IMG/VR virus record: IMGVR_UViG_3300042562_001598
Span: 124,001 to 188,000 of that record
Reading direction: 5' to 3' (one strand)
Length of the DNA stretch: 64,000 bases
Positions 43,273 through 55,866 of this stretch are shown in pieces; positions within the stretch are counted from its first letter, which is position 1; every line of letters starts with the position of its first letter. Under the pieces are notes generated by a model. The model saw only the letters and a program-made list of their open reading frames with translations. It ran no database searches and had not been told where the DNA came from. The translations under genes and the position numbers were made by a program.

Positions 43273-44007
43273 TTATCGTTTTAAGATTTCTTTAGTGTAA
43301 TACTCATCAAAACCTTCCATCATCTGACTAACTGATTTGTTTTTATCAATTCCAATAACCGTATCAATTAAACCAAATTCTTTAGCTTCGTCAGAATTAA
43401 ACCATTTATCATGTCTTGATGATTCAAGCATTTCCTCAAAAGTTTTTCCGCAATTATCAGCTAAAATTTTGAATAACATATAGTTATATTTTTCAGCTTC
43501 CAATTGGTTAATCCTAGTATCTTGTACATTACCCCCTGTAGAATGTGAAACAAAATGCGTCATAACCTTTGAGTGAATTAATGATGACCTTTTACCCTTT
43601 TCTCCAGAAGATAACAATACAGAACCCATTGACGCACACATTCCAACATTGATTGTTGCAACATCAGCTTTAATGTAATTCATAACATCTCTAATCCCCA
43701 ATCCAGCTAATACTGAACCCCCAGGGCTTGATATCTGTAGAGTAATATCTTTTTTATTAACACTATCCAAGAACAATAATTGGGCTTCAACAATTGACGC
43801 CATTGTATCTTCAACACCTCCGGATACCCAAATAATCCTATCCATAAGAAGTCGCGAGAAAATATCTATTTGGGTAGCTCTCATTTCCCTTTCTTCCAAA
43901 ATGTATGGTGTTACATTATCAATATGTTTTTGATAGTAATGTAGATTAAGGCCTGATAAACCTTTTTCACCCATTGCAAATTTCTCAAATTCGTTTTTGT
44001 AATTCAT
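43273..44007 (-). CDS. clpP: ATP-dependent Clp protease proteolytic subunit
   Basis: DIFSRLLMDRII, AQLLFLD, ISSPGGSV, GMCASMGS (Ser), KVMTH (His), RHDKWF (Asp). Confidence 0.93.
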   Translation of the reverse strand: MNYKNEFEKFAMGEKGLSGLNLHYYQKHIDNVTPYILEEREMRATQIDIFSRLLMDRIIWVSGGVEDTMASIVEAQLLFLDSVNKKDITLQISSPGGSVLAGLGIRDVMNYIKADVATINVGMCASMGSVLLSSGEKGKRSSLIHSKVMTHFVSHSTGGNVQDTRINQLEAEKYNYMLFKILADNCGKTFEEMLESSRHDKWFNSDEAKEFGLIDTVIGIDKNKSVSQMMEGFDEYYTKEILKR

Positions 44008-44122
44008 ATATTAATTTTTTTAGTTATTCCAAATGATAGGTTAAAAAAATAAGATTGCCAACATTGAAAATTAATGTTTTTCTATTTGATTATTTAATTT
44101 ATTTATATTATATTTTTTTATC

Positions 44123-45964
44123 ATGGAAAAAACTGTTATGAGTGAGTTAATTACGGAGTTATATCCGGAGGTTATCATATTATACATTGAGGAATTGGAA
44201 AGGCAAATGTTGGATAAAGGGAATATGTGGATACCGGATACCCCCTCTTATTTTGTTCAGGTGATGTATACTACAATTTCTTATAATGATTATAATATGT
44301 CAAACCTTGTATCGGATTTTACGGGATGTGAAGTTAATATATTCAAATAATCAGTCTATAACCTTAAAAAAAATAAAATAAATCAGTCTATAACCTTAAA
44401 AAATAAAAATTAATATATGAGCAATTTAGTAGAACACGCAAGAACAGAATTAAAATCAGCAGGATTGTTAGATGAGACCACAGATTTTTATGGTGGTGAA
44501 ACCGGTAAGGCGGTATTGGAATTAATTGAGAAATTTTCAGAACAAGGTCATTCCGGGACTTCAGCGGGTCTTGTGGCGGGTTTATTCGCAAGATTGGCGA
44601 AATATGATGTTATCACCCCAATCACTGGTGAAGATGATGAATGGAACAATATTTCAGAAGAAATGGGTCAAATATTACATCAAAATAAAAGATGTTCATC
44701 ATTATTCAAGAGAGCGGATAATAAAGTAAGTTATTCTGATGCGATAATCTTTAGAGGTGAAGAATCCTGGGACACTTTTACCGGTAAAGTTGAGGATATT
44801 TCAAGTAGTCAATTCATTAAAGGGTTCCCATTCACACCTAAAACATTTTACATTGATGTTTATAAAGAAATTTATGATTATGATAAACACGGAAGTGAAG
44901 AAGATGCGAGAATTATCACCACTAGTAATGGTAATTATGTATATTTCATTAAAGATAAAACCCAATTAGAAGAAATTTTCAATTATTACGATAAAAAATA
45001 GTTTATCCAAATAATTTGTTTATCTTTGTATCGTTGAATGTATAAAACAAAAATATATGAGCACTAATTTAGAAGACTGGGAAGCTGTAAATTACAGAAT
45101 GAGAGAAGAAGGGATTGACTATTGCTTTGAACATTATAGCAATTGGGATGAAATCCAAGATGACGAATTCCACCGATTAAGATTGGGTTTTCTTCAATAT
45201 ATGAAAGAAATTAGAGAATATGTTAATAAAAAAATTGAGGAAGAAGAGTTTAAAGAGTGGGATAGATTAGATGACTTATTTGAAGAATAACCAATAAAAA
45301 TTATATATTATGAACAAGTACAATACAAAGAATAACAAAAAATATTTAGGGTTACTAAACTTTGAAGGTGATGTTTTTAGAGCATACAAAGAAACTGAAG
45401 ATAAATTTGTTATCATTGACGATAACCACGAATTTATTTTAACAACAGATAAAAATGGTGTTCGCGATGTTTTATCAGGTAAAATTATATTAACAACAAG
45501 TAGTGGTAGAACTTACAAAATATCTGAAGAACACCAAAACGCAAGACCAAAACAAGAAGCTATTGATAATTTCTTGGGGACTGAATCCGGTGACGACTAT
45601 AAGTTATGGTTTGACCTTAAAAATAAAATTGATAAAAAAGGTTTTGAGAAGTGTTTTCTTATCTATAGCGATTGGGACGAAATTAAAGATAAAGAATTTC
45701 ATTCCTTAAAAAGACATTTTATAAAATCTATGGGAACATTGATGGGTTATGTTAATACAAAAGTTAGCGAAGGTAAAAAATAATATGGGTAAAACTTTGC
45801 CAACACCATATCCTGGTCAATCATTAGAAGACTATAAAAACCAACTAATATCTTTTAAGAAAAACTATTGGAAATTCCTTAACCCCCTCTCTAAAAGTAA
45901 AAGTAAAAGTGGGGGTAGGGAAATTCCATTACCACCTGAACACTTAAGACCAAAAAAAGAATAG
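44123..45964 (+). CDS. Five hypothetical proteins (44123, 44417, 45057, 45310, about 45785)
   Basis: 44417 has FSEQGHSGTSA; 45057 and the C-terminus of 45310 share CFxxYSxWDEIxDxEFHxL. Confidence 0.7.
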
Positions 45965-46044
45965 GGGATGAAGAAGATGATACTAGTGATTGCGTTAATA
46001 CTCCAATTGTTGTTAGATGAATTAAAACGAAAAAGAAAAAGTAT

Positions 46045-47292
46045 ATGGGACTTATGAATAAATTAGATAAACAATACACAGACCTACTTCAAGATATCCT
46101 TGATAATGGAACCACTAAAGGTGACCGTACTGGTACAGGGACAATCTCAGTATTCGGAAGACAAATCAGACATAAAATGTCAGAGGGATTCCCACTTTTG
46201 ACTACAAAGAAAATGCCGTTCAAAACAATCGTAACTGAACTTCTTTGGTTTTTAAGAGGTGATACAAATATTAAGTATTTGGTTGATAATGGATGTAATA
46301 TTTGGAATGGTGATGCTTTTATTAATTACAATAAGTACGTATGGAAGTTAAGTAATTTAGAATTACTAACACAAGAAGAATTCATCAACAAAATCAAAAC
46401 AAATGATACATTTGCTAAAGAGTGGGGTGAGTTAGGTCCAATCTACGGTAAGCAATGGAGACAATGGAATACTCATAAAACTGTAGTAGTAGGGCATAAT
46501 GGAAATCATAATGAATTTGGGACAGTTGTTATAGACCAAATCCAAAACCTAATCAACGACCTTAAAACAAATCCAGACTCAAGACGATTAATGGTTACTG
46601 CTTGGAATCCTGCAGATTTAGAAGCAGCAGTGCTTCCTCCATGCCATTATGGATTTCAAGTTTATACAAGAGAGTTGAGTTTGGATGAACGATTTAAGAT
46701 TGCTTACAAAAATTTAGAACTAAGAAAAAAATTAGAAGCTGAATCTGCTATGCTACATTATCCATCAGGACATAATAAAGTTATGGATGACGCAAATATT
46801 CCAACCAGAGCAATCTCTTTAATGTGGAATCAAAGAAGTTGCGATTTTTTTCTCGGAATTCCTTTTAATGTAGCGTCTTATGGATTGTTATTAGAAATAA
46901 TTGCTAAAGAAGTCAATATGATTCCAGATGAATTGATTGGTAATTTAGGTGATGTTCATTTGTATTCAAATCATATTGAACAAGCAAAAGAACAAATCGG
47001 TAGAGAATTAACTCACGAAGAAAAAATTGAGTATGCTCGTTCATTATATGGGAATGAAGTGTGGTGGGATATAAATGATAAAAGAGTTATAACAGTTTTA
47101 CAAAGAAAGAGACAAACAAGAGAACCATATCCATTACCAACATTAAACATCAACACAGAGTTTTGGAAAACACAAAGTGGAAAATGTGGAGTAGGTCTAT
47201 TGGATACTAATCTAGAAGGATTTGAAATAAGTGATTTTCAAATAGAGAATTATCAATCACATCCAACAATAAAAGCACCTTTAAGTAACTAA
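46045..47292 (+). CDS. thyA: Thymidylate synthase with insertions
   Basis: DRTGTGT, FPLLTTKK, ELLWFLRG, GPIYGKQWR, SRRLMVTAWN, LPPCHY, QRSCDFFLGIPFN, HLYSNH. Confidence 0.96.
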   Translation: MGLMNKLDKQYTDLLQDILDNGTTKGDRTGTGTISVFGRQIRHKMSEGFPLLTTKKMPFKTIVTELLWFLRGDTNIKYLVDNGCNIWNGDAFINYNKYVWKLSNLELLTQEEFINKIKTNDTFAKEWGELGPIYGKQWRQWNTHKTVVVGHNGNHNEFGTVVIDQIQNLINDLKTNPDSRRLMVTAWNPADLEAAVLPPCHYGFQVYTRELSLDERFKIAYKNLELRKKLEAESAMLHYPSGHNKVMDDANIPTRAISLMWNQRSCDFFLGIPFNVASYGLLLEIIAKEVNMIPDELIGNLGDVHLYSNHIEQAKEQIGRELTHEEKIEYARSLYGNEVWWDINDKRVITVLQRKRQTREPYPLPTLNINTEFWKTQSGKCGVGLLDTNLEGFEISDFQIENYQSHPTIKAPLSN

Positions 47293-47455
47293 TTATGTGG
47301 GACATTGTAGTAATAAAAGAAGACGGAGATAATTATATCGTAATGACTCCTAATGGAGATGTACATAGTATATCAAAAGAAACTTTTCAAACCTTTGAAA
47401 AGGCTGGTAGGGTAAGTTATAACCCTGAACATAAAAAAATGTAAATAAAAAAAAT

Positions 47456-49012
47456 ATGACGACACAGACCTTAAAAGAATTGATAGAAGTTGAATTTGAT
47501 AGATGTGAAACTATTTCAGAATTCAAAACAAATGTTTTTAGATTAATTGATTTATATGGAAAAGATGTTACAACCACTTTTCCAGGAAGTATTACTTTCC
47601 CTACACCAACAGAACCTGACGAAGTAAAATACGGAACAATATGTTCTTGTAACCCACTAAATGGTGGTAGTGGTATATGTGGTTGTGTAATGGGTAATAA
47701 ACTAGTTAAAAACCCTAAAAAATATAACAACACATCCATTACCACAAATATGAATACTTGTTCAACAAATACAAATAACCTATGAATTTTATCTTAGGGT
47801 TAATTTTTGGAATATTAGCACAAATAGTAACCTTCATCCAATTACAGGGTCAGTTTAAGTATCCTTGGATGAAGGATAATCCTATGTTGGTAGCTTTAAT
47901 AGGTGTGCCGTTATCACTCCTTTATATTAAAGCGGTTAGTCATATGGTTGAACATTTCAATGGTGAAATGTGGCCTTCCAGGATTTTAGGTTTTGCCGTA
48001 GGAGTGATAGTTTTCACCATTATGTCTTGGTTATGGTTTAAGGAACCACTAACATTAAAAACCTTAGTTTGTTTAGGTTTGGCGTGTTGTATTTTAGCTA
48101 TTCAATTATTATGGAAATAATTTTCATATAATTTAATTTATATGATATATATCATATAAACCCCCCCCCCTTTATATGACACACGAATACACAATTATTA
48201 CGGAGAGAGTAGCCCCGGATGGTGCTCAAAAATGGGATTTAGTAATCCCTGATGGTCCTCACACAATAACAGAAATTGAGGCTGTTATGTTTAAATTAAA
48301 AGAATACGAAAGTGTTAAATTGGTAACTTGGGAAAAGTACCAACAAATGTTAAAAGAAAGAAAATAAAATGAATCAAGAAGAAATTAAAACAGAAGAAAC
48401 TACAAAAGTTTACAAAAAACCATATAAGAACCATTTTAATAAAATAGTTAAGGAATATGAGAGTGCTACAAATAAAGAGATTTGGGAGGGTATAAGAGAC
48501 AATTTCATCTACGGCTTCCTTGGTGCTGTATTAGTTGTTTTTATCGCCACAAAGTCAGATATTGCAGTTTTATTAGGTTTTTTGGTATATTACTTCTTTT
48601 TAGGTAAGATTGTTAATAGACCAAAATACATTACAGACTTGGGAAAATTGATTGTTTTTCCTATACCGTCAGCCCTGGGAGCGTTTGTAGGGTATAAATT
48701 ATCATATTTTTTAATCAATTTTATGTAATGAAAGGATTTAGTAAAGAAAAAATAGTAACCGACTTAAAACGTATTTTGGATAAATACGAAGGTATGTTAA
48801 TACACGATATCTTTTCTGATATTGAGAATGAGATTCAAGAGTATATTAATGATTATCTAACAACTCACGATGTGTATGTTTCAGACTTCCCAATTGAGTT
48901 TTGTAATAGTAATGGTAAATTTATATTGCAGGCTAATGGTGAATGTCAGGTAATACCCAAGTTATATATAGAAAAAATGGATATTAATGTTGTAATAATA
49001 AAAAACCCTTAA
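47456..49012 (+). CDS. Hypothetical genes including a 4-TM DMT/SMR-like membrane protein (47782..48120) and a multi-TM protein (48369..48728)
   Basis: Hydrophobicity pattern; WFKEPLTLKTLVCLGL resembles DMT C-termini. Confidence 0.6.
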
Positions 49013-49558
49013 GGTTAACTTAAGGGTTTTTCTTTTTAAAAAGTTTTTCATTGTATTTATTATAACACATCACTTAAATATGAAAAAATTTTTAATTACG
49101 GAATCAGAAAAAAAAACTATAAGACAATTATATGGACTAAGTGAACAACAAACAGCTCCGGAATCATCTGTAGACACTACAACAACAGCAATACCACCTA
49201 AACAACAAATGGGGTCAACTCCTGAACAAAGAGCTGCAGCTAAAGAGAGAAATAGGTTAAGATTAGCACCTATTGAAACGGCTCAAAAAACAAAGATACA
49301 AAATTGGATTGATTGTAATAGTAAACCGGGGAGTACACCTTTAACTACTGCTGATTATTGGAAATGGCAAGAAAAAAGAAACAAAGGTAATGATGCTGAC
49401 CCATATGGTGGACAATTAAATACTTCCTCAGCAAACAAAAGAGGAGAAACAAAAGGAAGTTGTAATGCTGATGGTTCGGCCGGAGACACCAAAAAAGGTG
49501 AATCGTTGCAAGATATAAAATAAGAAAAAAACCCTTAAGATTAACTTAAGGGTTTTTT
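49001..49558 (+). repeat. Duplicated terminator flanking 49080..49523
   Basis: aaaaacccttaag(g/a)ttaacttaagggttttt at 49001 and about 49527. Confidence 0.88.
49080..49523 (+). CDS. Leader-tagged hypothetical protein
   Basis: MKKFLITESEKKTIRQLYGLSEQ; TATTTAT at 49054. Confidence 0.72.
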   Translation: MKKFLITESEKKTIRQLYGLSEQQTAPESSVDTTTTAIPPKQQMGSTPEQRAAAKERNRLRLAPIETAQKTKIQNWIDCNSKPGSTPLTTADYWKWQEKRNKGNDADPYGGQLNTSSANKRGETKGSCNADGSAGDTKKGESLQDIK

Positions 49559-49674
49559 GTTTTAATCTTAGGTTCAATACCTTTTGATTTGTAATGTAAG
49601 TTCCAATCTAAAATAGATTGTTTACTTTTTTTTAATATAGTGTGTAGTTTTTTAATTAAATTATTCATATTATC

Positions 49675-50235
49675 TTATGATACTCTTTTGAGGTATTTCC
49701 AATTTTTTTGGTAATCAATGTTATTAACACAAAATCTTGCGTAACCATTAACCTTTAAATGACCTGTGTTATAGTATCCACATACGATACTCCAATTTCC
49801 GTATCTATTATGTAGTGTATGAAGTAATTTCATACTGGTTTGAATATTAAAATTTATGTTTGTTTTTAACTTTTTTACAGACACTTTTCTGTGATGAACA
49901 TCGTTTGCTGTTGTTGGCATAATTTGCATTGGACCTACAGCTCCCGCTGATGATGTTTGACTTGGTTTATATTTCCAATCAAATGGACCGCAATATCTTG
50001 TTTCTAAAAACGCCACATTGAAAGCAATGTGTTTTGGTATTTTGTATTTATCAGAATACATATCAATTAATTCATACATTTCTAATGAAGTAGGTGATGT
50101 TGGTGTTCCCCCCATCTTTGCCATTTCAATTTTAGGGTCTGTTTTTTCTTTTTTACTCATTGCGATGAAGGATGAAAATATCACTATCATTGAGAGGGTA
50201 AAACAAGAAAATAAAAAGATTTTTTTTACATTCAT
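49675..50235 (-). CDS. Lytic transglycosylase (SLT/GH23) with N-terminal anchor
   Basis: VAFLETRY, SSAGAVGPMQIMPTTA, YYNTG. Confidence 0.88.
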   Translation of the reverse strand: MNVKKIFLFSCFTLSMIVIFSSFIAMSKKEKTDPKIEMAKMGGTPTSPTSLEMYELIDMYSDKYKIPKHIAFNVAFLETRYCGPFDWKYKPSQTSSAGAVGPMQIMPTTANDVHHRKVSVKKLKTNINFNIQTSMKLLHTLHNRYGNWSIVCGYYNTGHLKVNGYARFCVNNIDYQKNWKYLKRVS

Positions 50236-50236
50236 A

Positions 50237-50575
50237 TTAATTCATTTTATCGGTTATGGTGTTATTCTCACCCCACACATTTTTGGCATATAGTTTGAAG
50301 ATAGTTTTACCTATGCTATCAGAGTATATGGTGTAGTCTCCAGTTTGGTTATTGATAACGATTAAATGGTTGTTTTCGTCTATTGCGAGGTTCACATTTT
50401 GTTTCAAAACATGGGTCACTTTAAACTTCGCATCCTCTCGTTTCATAATAAGTTTGTTATAATAAATACCTATAAAAAAAGCCGAAGCTACTGACAACAA
50501 TATAATAACATATACCAATAGGTTGTTAAGTGTTGATTTTACTGTGTTTAATCTGTTTTTTAATTTCTCGTTCAT
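50237..50575 (-). CDS. Membrane-anchored hypothetical protein
   Basis: Single TM, adjacent to the SLT gene. Confidence 0.65.
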   Translation of the reverse strand: MNEKLKNRLNTVKSTLNNLLVYVIILLSVASAFFIGIYYNKLIMKREDAKFKVTHVLKQNVNLAIDENNHLIVINNQTGDYTIYSDSIGKTIFKLYAKNVWGENNTITDKMN

Positions 50576-50686
50576 AGTCTTAAAGTTTTAATTGTTTTTA
50601 TAATTATAGGTAAATAATTTCAGAAAACAAGGTGTAATAAAAAAGGGTGGAAGACCACCCTTTTTATAAGTTAAAGTTAATGTTAA

Positions 50687-51112
50687 TTAGTCAACACTAA
50701 CAACTTCCAAATCAAAAATCAATTTCTGACCTGCTAATGGGTGGTTTGCGTCTAATACGACAACATCTTCTTTTACTTCAGTTACTCTAACTGAAATAGG
50801 ACCCATTGGTCCATTACCTTGTAATGTTTCACCAACTTGAACACCTTCTGGAACTTGTTCTTTAGGGATTTCGGTAATCATATCTTCTCTGTAATCTCCG
50901 TAAGCGTCAGCTACTTCAATTTCAATTGTTTTAGTTTCAGATTCGGTCATGCCGATTAATCCTGCTTCAAAACCTTTAATTAATGAACCTTGACCTAGTG
51001 TTACTTCTAACGGCTCACGACCTTCGGTCAATGATGTATCAAAAATTTCACCTGTTGTAAGTTTTCCGGTGTAATGAACTTTTACATTACTAGTTGTTTC
51101 TACTGTTTTCAT
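50687..51112 (-). CDS. FKBP-type peptidyl-prolyl isomerase (SlyD/SlpA-like, no His-rich tail)
   Basis: VKVHYTGKL, GEIFDTS, LIKGFEAGLIGM, AYG, LDANHPLAGQKLIFDLEV. Confidence 0.93.
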   Translation of the reverse strand: MKTVETTSNVKVHYTGKLTTGEIFDTSLTEGREPLEVTLGQGSLIKGFEAGLIGMTESETKTIEIEVADAYGDYREDMITEIPKEQVPEGVQVGETLQGNGPMGPISVRVTEVKEDVVVLDANHPLAGQKLIFDLEVVSVD

Positions 51113-51144
51113 ATATAAATTGATTTTATTTTTAATAAGTATAG

Positions 51145-53773
51145 TTAATTTTTTTCAATAGTCAAATTAGTTTCTAAAATATCTAACGATGTTACTATTG
51201 AGATATCCGAATCAATCCCCATATATTTCCAAGCTTCACCTATAATATACTGGAGACCATAAGGATAACTTTCTTCACATAATTCAACATCATCACTATA
51301 TAATGTGCAATTAATTACAAATAATTTTGCGTTGGTTGAATACTTTATTGGACCATTTACCTTAATAAAACTGCTATTCCCAAATAATAGGAGTAACTCT
51401 TCTTTAAGAAGACCATTAATTAATAACTCAAAACCTTTTTTCATTCCAAAAAAATAGTTATATTTACAATAAAAATCAAATCATGGGAAAGTTAATTATA
51501 ACCGAACAGGAAAGACAAGATATATTGGGTAAGTATAATGATGAGAATACCAATAAAGAGGTTCTTGTTTATTTACGCAGACATTTTACGACACATACTT
51601 ATCCTGGAGTTCCTGACCAAGTAATGATATCTATCAATGATAAATTATATCCGGTGTATTCTAATAAAAAATATGTTAAAAATAGAATATACAATATAGT
51701 TAAGGAAGTCTTTGATAACTTGGATGAAGCGATTATAAAAAAAACAATTAAAAATTATTTAGATTATTTGTAAAAATAGTTATCTTTGTAAAAAAATATG
51801 GAAACAAAAATGAAATACTTGTGCGGATTAATAGTTGTTAGTTTATTAACATTCACTTCTTGTAAAAAAGATGAAATATCTTCATCAATAGAAGGTAACG
51901 GATTTAAAGTTGAATTTTTATTTGAGAAGGATGGTATAAAAGTGTATCGTTTTATTGATGGTAGTAGTACTCATTATTTTACTTCTAGAGGTGAAACAAT
52001 TAGTTCCCAACAGCATGGGAAAACCAGTTATGATGAAAATATAAATTAAGATAAAAATGATAGACTTTACCAAATATTCAGTAGAAGAATTAAGAGAACT
52101 TCAAAATAGTATTGGAACTTATCTTACTAACATAAATGATGGGTTTATATATATCTGTGAGGTTAGGTCATATGGTAGCAGTTGGGTATTAAACTTTACC
52201 AATGAACTTTCGGTGAATGATTTATGTGTGACTTATGATGGACAAGATGGAATTGTGGATGTATATACCACAAATCCAAATGCTAAAATTAACAACTATG
52301 GCGGTGAGGTTAATTATATTGAATCACAAATGAATTATGATAGATGGAAAAAAGCCAACGATTTGGTTCATACTATAAGAAAAGCTGAAGATGATATAAA
52401 AAGATGGGAAGATAGAGATAATATCCCTTTTCATTCAAGACCATCGTTTGAACCAGTATGGTCTGAAGAAGATGTTGTTGGAATGAAAAAAGTGTTGGAA
52501 GAAATTGGTGAATATGAAAACCCTACACCAATAAATGTTAATAGTTATGATGAAGAATACTAAAATAAAATAGATATGACACTAAAAGATAAGTTACAAG
52601 TTGAGATAATGGATTTACCAATTATGGATGAGGTAATTGATGACATTGGAACTAATTTAGAATATGTTGCTGATAATTTTGCTAAAGAAGTTTTGAGAAC
52701 TTATATAAGTAACAAAACTTTACAATATAAACAAAGTCAAGGAGATTATAGTTTAGATGAATTACTACTAATTATTAAAAAAGAAAAAGGATTATGACAA
52801 TATTCAACGATGAAGATAAAAAAATAGGAATTATTGAGAAAATTTCACTTTGGTATAGATTTGATGGTAGACACATTCCAAGGAATATTATGGAAGGTAT
52901 TAAAAATATCATCTATTGGTTTCCTATTATTTGGAAAGATAGAAATTGGGACCAATCATTCATTTATGAAGTGTTGAAACATAAACTAAAAGCTCAAGCT
53001 AACTATATTGATACTAAAGATAGACACACTAGAGCTAAACAAGATGCTCGTAGAATGAGATTATGTGTTAGTTTAATACAGATATGTCAAGACGATACTT
53101 ACAATACGGAATATATGGATTACGCCGAAACCGACTTTTGGTTTGAGGATGTTGAGGATAAACCTGGATATTCAACCATAAAGAGTGACATCATTTGGGA
53201 GAAATATGATGATTACTTCAAGAAATATCCGTTAATTTATAAGAGAGTGATGAATGGTGAAGGTGTGTTTAGTCTTGAGGGTAGAGACGACGATAAACAA
53301 GTTATTGCAATGAACATCGGACACATCAACCAAGACAGAGCACATAAGCTTTTGTTTAAAATACTGGAATCTAATATAAATTCTTGGTGGGATTAGACTA
53401 TTTATAATAAAAAATAGTTATGATTACCAGATTAAAGAAAAATATTTACTTAACAATATACGGGGTCTCACTCTTAACATTAATAATGATATGGAGTGGA
53501 CCCCAATTATTTACACCGGTTGAAACTTATAAAACAACAATTAAAGAAGAACCGGAATTACCTATCGTATATGTTGATTCAGCATCATCTGGACCGGTAG
53601 AACAACTCCCAAGAAGTGTTAAACCTGAACCAGTCGTTGAACCAAAGGTTACACAGATAGAACCACCCCTATCAATCTTTTCATTTATAAAAGAAATAAC
53701 ATCTTCAATAATCGCAATAGGTAATATAATCCTATTATTTTATCAAATTAGAGATAAAAAAAAGACCACATAA
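51145..53773. CDS. Hypothetical genes: 51145..51444 (-); 51483 (leader-tagged), 51798 (lipoprotein), 52057, 52576, 52794, 53420 (+)
   Basis: ORF track; FTSC lipobox in 51798; MGKLIITEQER leader in 51483. Confidence 0.65.
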
Positions 53774-53825
53774 TAGTTTGATAAAGTCGTATTAATAGTC
53801 TATCTTTGTTAAAAATATAGAAACA

Positions 53826-54515
53826 ATGATTATCACTCTAATCTCAGATACACACGGAAAACATAATGAAATCACTCAGGATTTACCTGGTGGTGATTTG
53901 TTATTGCACTCAGGAGATATCTCATCAATGGGATACCAACACGAAGTTCAACAATTCTGTAAATGGTTTAACAATGTTGAAAACTACGACCATAAAATCT
54001 TCATTGCTGGAAACCACGATTGGGGTTTTCAGAATAATGTTGAAAAGATTATGGAAATTGTTAACTCATACAAAACCGTAGATTACATCCAAGACGAAAC
54101 CATCAGTGTTGGTGATGATGAAAAAATGGTTAATATTTATGGGTCACCTTGGCAACCAGAATTCTATAATTGGGCGTTTAACTTACCTAAAAATGGTGTA
54201 GAACTAGCGGCAAAATGGGATGCTATTCCAGATAATACCGATATCTTAATCACTCACGGACCAGCATTTGGTGTTTTAGATACCGTTGCCGGAAAAATGT
54301 GGGATAACTTGGGTTGTCAGTTATTGACCAATAAAATTAAGTCAATTAAACCCAAAATCCATGTTTGTGGTCATATCCATTCAGGTTATGGTTATTACTT
54401 TGATGGTGATACTCACTTCATCAATGCGTCTGTATTAAACGAAGCGTATCAATACACAAATAAACCAATCACTATTGATTGGAATCAGGAAACCAATGAG
54501 GTAACCTTTTTATAA
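53826..54515 (+). CDS. Calcineurin-like metallophosphoesterase (MPPED/239FB-like)
   Basis: ISDTHG, HSGD, IAGNHD, YGSPWQP, LITHGP, CGHIH. Confidence 0.9.
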   Translation: MIITLISDTHGKHNEITQDLPGGDLLLHSGDISSMGYQHEVQQFCKWFNNVENYDHKIFIAGNHDWGFQNNVEKIMEIVNSYKTVDYIQDETISVGDDEKMVNIYGSPWQPEFYNWAFNLPKNGVELAAKWDAIPDNTDILITHGPAFGVLDTVAGKMWDNLGCQLLTNKIKSIKPKIHVCGHIHSGYGYYFDGDTHFINASVLNEAYQYTNKPITIDWNQETNEVTFL

Positions 54516-54769
54516 AAGAAAACCCCTTCTTTACAGAGGGGGTTTTTTGTTACATTAACCTTTGCAATTCCGCCATAACTCTTTGTTGTTGTTCTTGGAG
54601 TTGTTTGATTCTGGTTAATTGTTGTGTGTTTAAATCAATACTTTCACCTTTTATTGAGGCAATTTCATTGTCCAGTGTATCAAAATTATATGTTAACTGG
54701 TTGTACTTTTGGGCTTTTTGGTTATCGTTCATATGATTAACATAACCATAATTTTGTTATTGTGAATGA

Positions 54770-55561
54770 TTAAGATAATAACTTATAAAACTTATTAAAT
54801 TCCTCTATGCGGTGCTCAATCCCAATTAACCCCCCATTTACACATTTAGAAACACTTTCAATTGCTGCTTTAGTTGCGCCAGCATCACATTTCTTAACAC
54901 AATTTGTCTTGAAGAACCAAGCTGCGGAAACTAATGAGTATTTTGTAGCTACTAAATCCGGGTTTGCTAACAAATCAACACCTATTGCTTTACCGAAGGC
55001 TTTATAGTTGTCCTTACCTGTCAATTGGCAAGCACCCCTCCCCCGAAACTTATAACCATCCTTTGTAGCTTCATTACCATTACCCATTCTACTACCATAA
55101 ACTTTTGACGCAATTTTTTCAGGGTTACGAGAATAACTTTCAGATAAGTTACCAGGGAAATATTTTGGAAAAATAACCTTTAGTCTATCACCTGAATAGT
55201 TTAAGTTTTCTTGTAGGATTGAGAAGTTAGCACTTTCGTGACTACATTGAGCTAAAAAGTGTGCTAATCTTAAAGGTGTGTCAATATCAAATTTTTCAAT
55301 AACCTCAGGAATTTGAGATAAAATTGTATCTGGTATTACCCCCTTTAATTTAGAAGTGTTTAATGTATTTGGAACAGTTGTTCCTAATCCTAGTTTTGAC
55401 CAAGTTGTATCACCAACAATACCATCGGCAGTTAATTCATTTTTTTCTTGCCAAGTTTTAACCGCCTTTTCGGTTGCTGGTCCGAAATCACCATCGGGAG
55501 TTAATCCCAATTTTGTCTGTAATTGTTTTACTTCATCACCTGAAGAACCTAATTTTAACAT
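54770..55561 (-). CDS. Endolysin: PG-binding domain + GH19 muramidase
   Basis: LKLGSSGDEVKQLQ..DGDFGPATE..DGIVG; FLAQCSHES, ENLNYS, FRGRGACQLTGKDNY, VNGG. Confidence 0.92.
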   Translation of the reverse strand: MLKLGSSGDEVKQLQTKLGLTPDGDFGPATEKAVKTWQEKNELTADGIVGDTTWSKLGLGTTVPNTLNTSKLKGVIPDTILSQIPEVIEKFDIDTPLRLAHFLAQCSHESANFSILQENLNYSGDRLKVIFPKYFPGNLSESYSRNPEKIASKVYGSRMGNGNEATKDGYKFRGRGACQLTGKDNYKAFGKAIGVDLLANPDLVATKYSLVSAAWFFKTNCVKKCDAGATKAAIESVSKCVNGGLIGIEHRIEEFNKFYKLLS

Positions 55562-55866
55562 AATATTTAGTTTAACTATAAATATTATGTTATACTATTT
55601 TTTTGGTTAGTTTTCTACTTGTTACAGGTTTGGGTGTAGAGCGTGGGTTCTTTGATTTTATTTCAACCTCGTAAGGACCGGTCTTATTTTTGGATAAGTC
55701 GTATCTCCAAATGATTGTTTCATCAACATCATCGTAGATTTTTTCCCATTTGGTATCACCAATGTTTTTATTATCTTTTTTCATAATGTAAAAATATTAA
55801 AATCTTTTTGGATAATCAAATGTTTTTTTTGTATATTTGTTGAGTAGAATTAAAGCAATAGAAATT

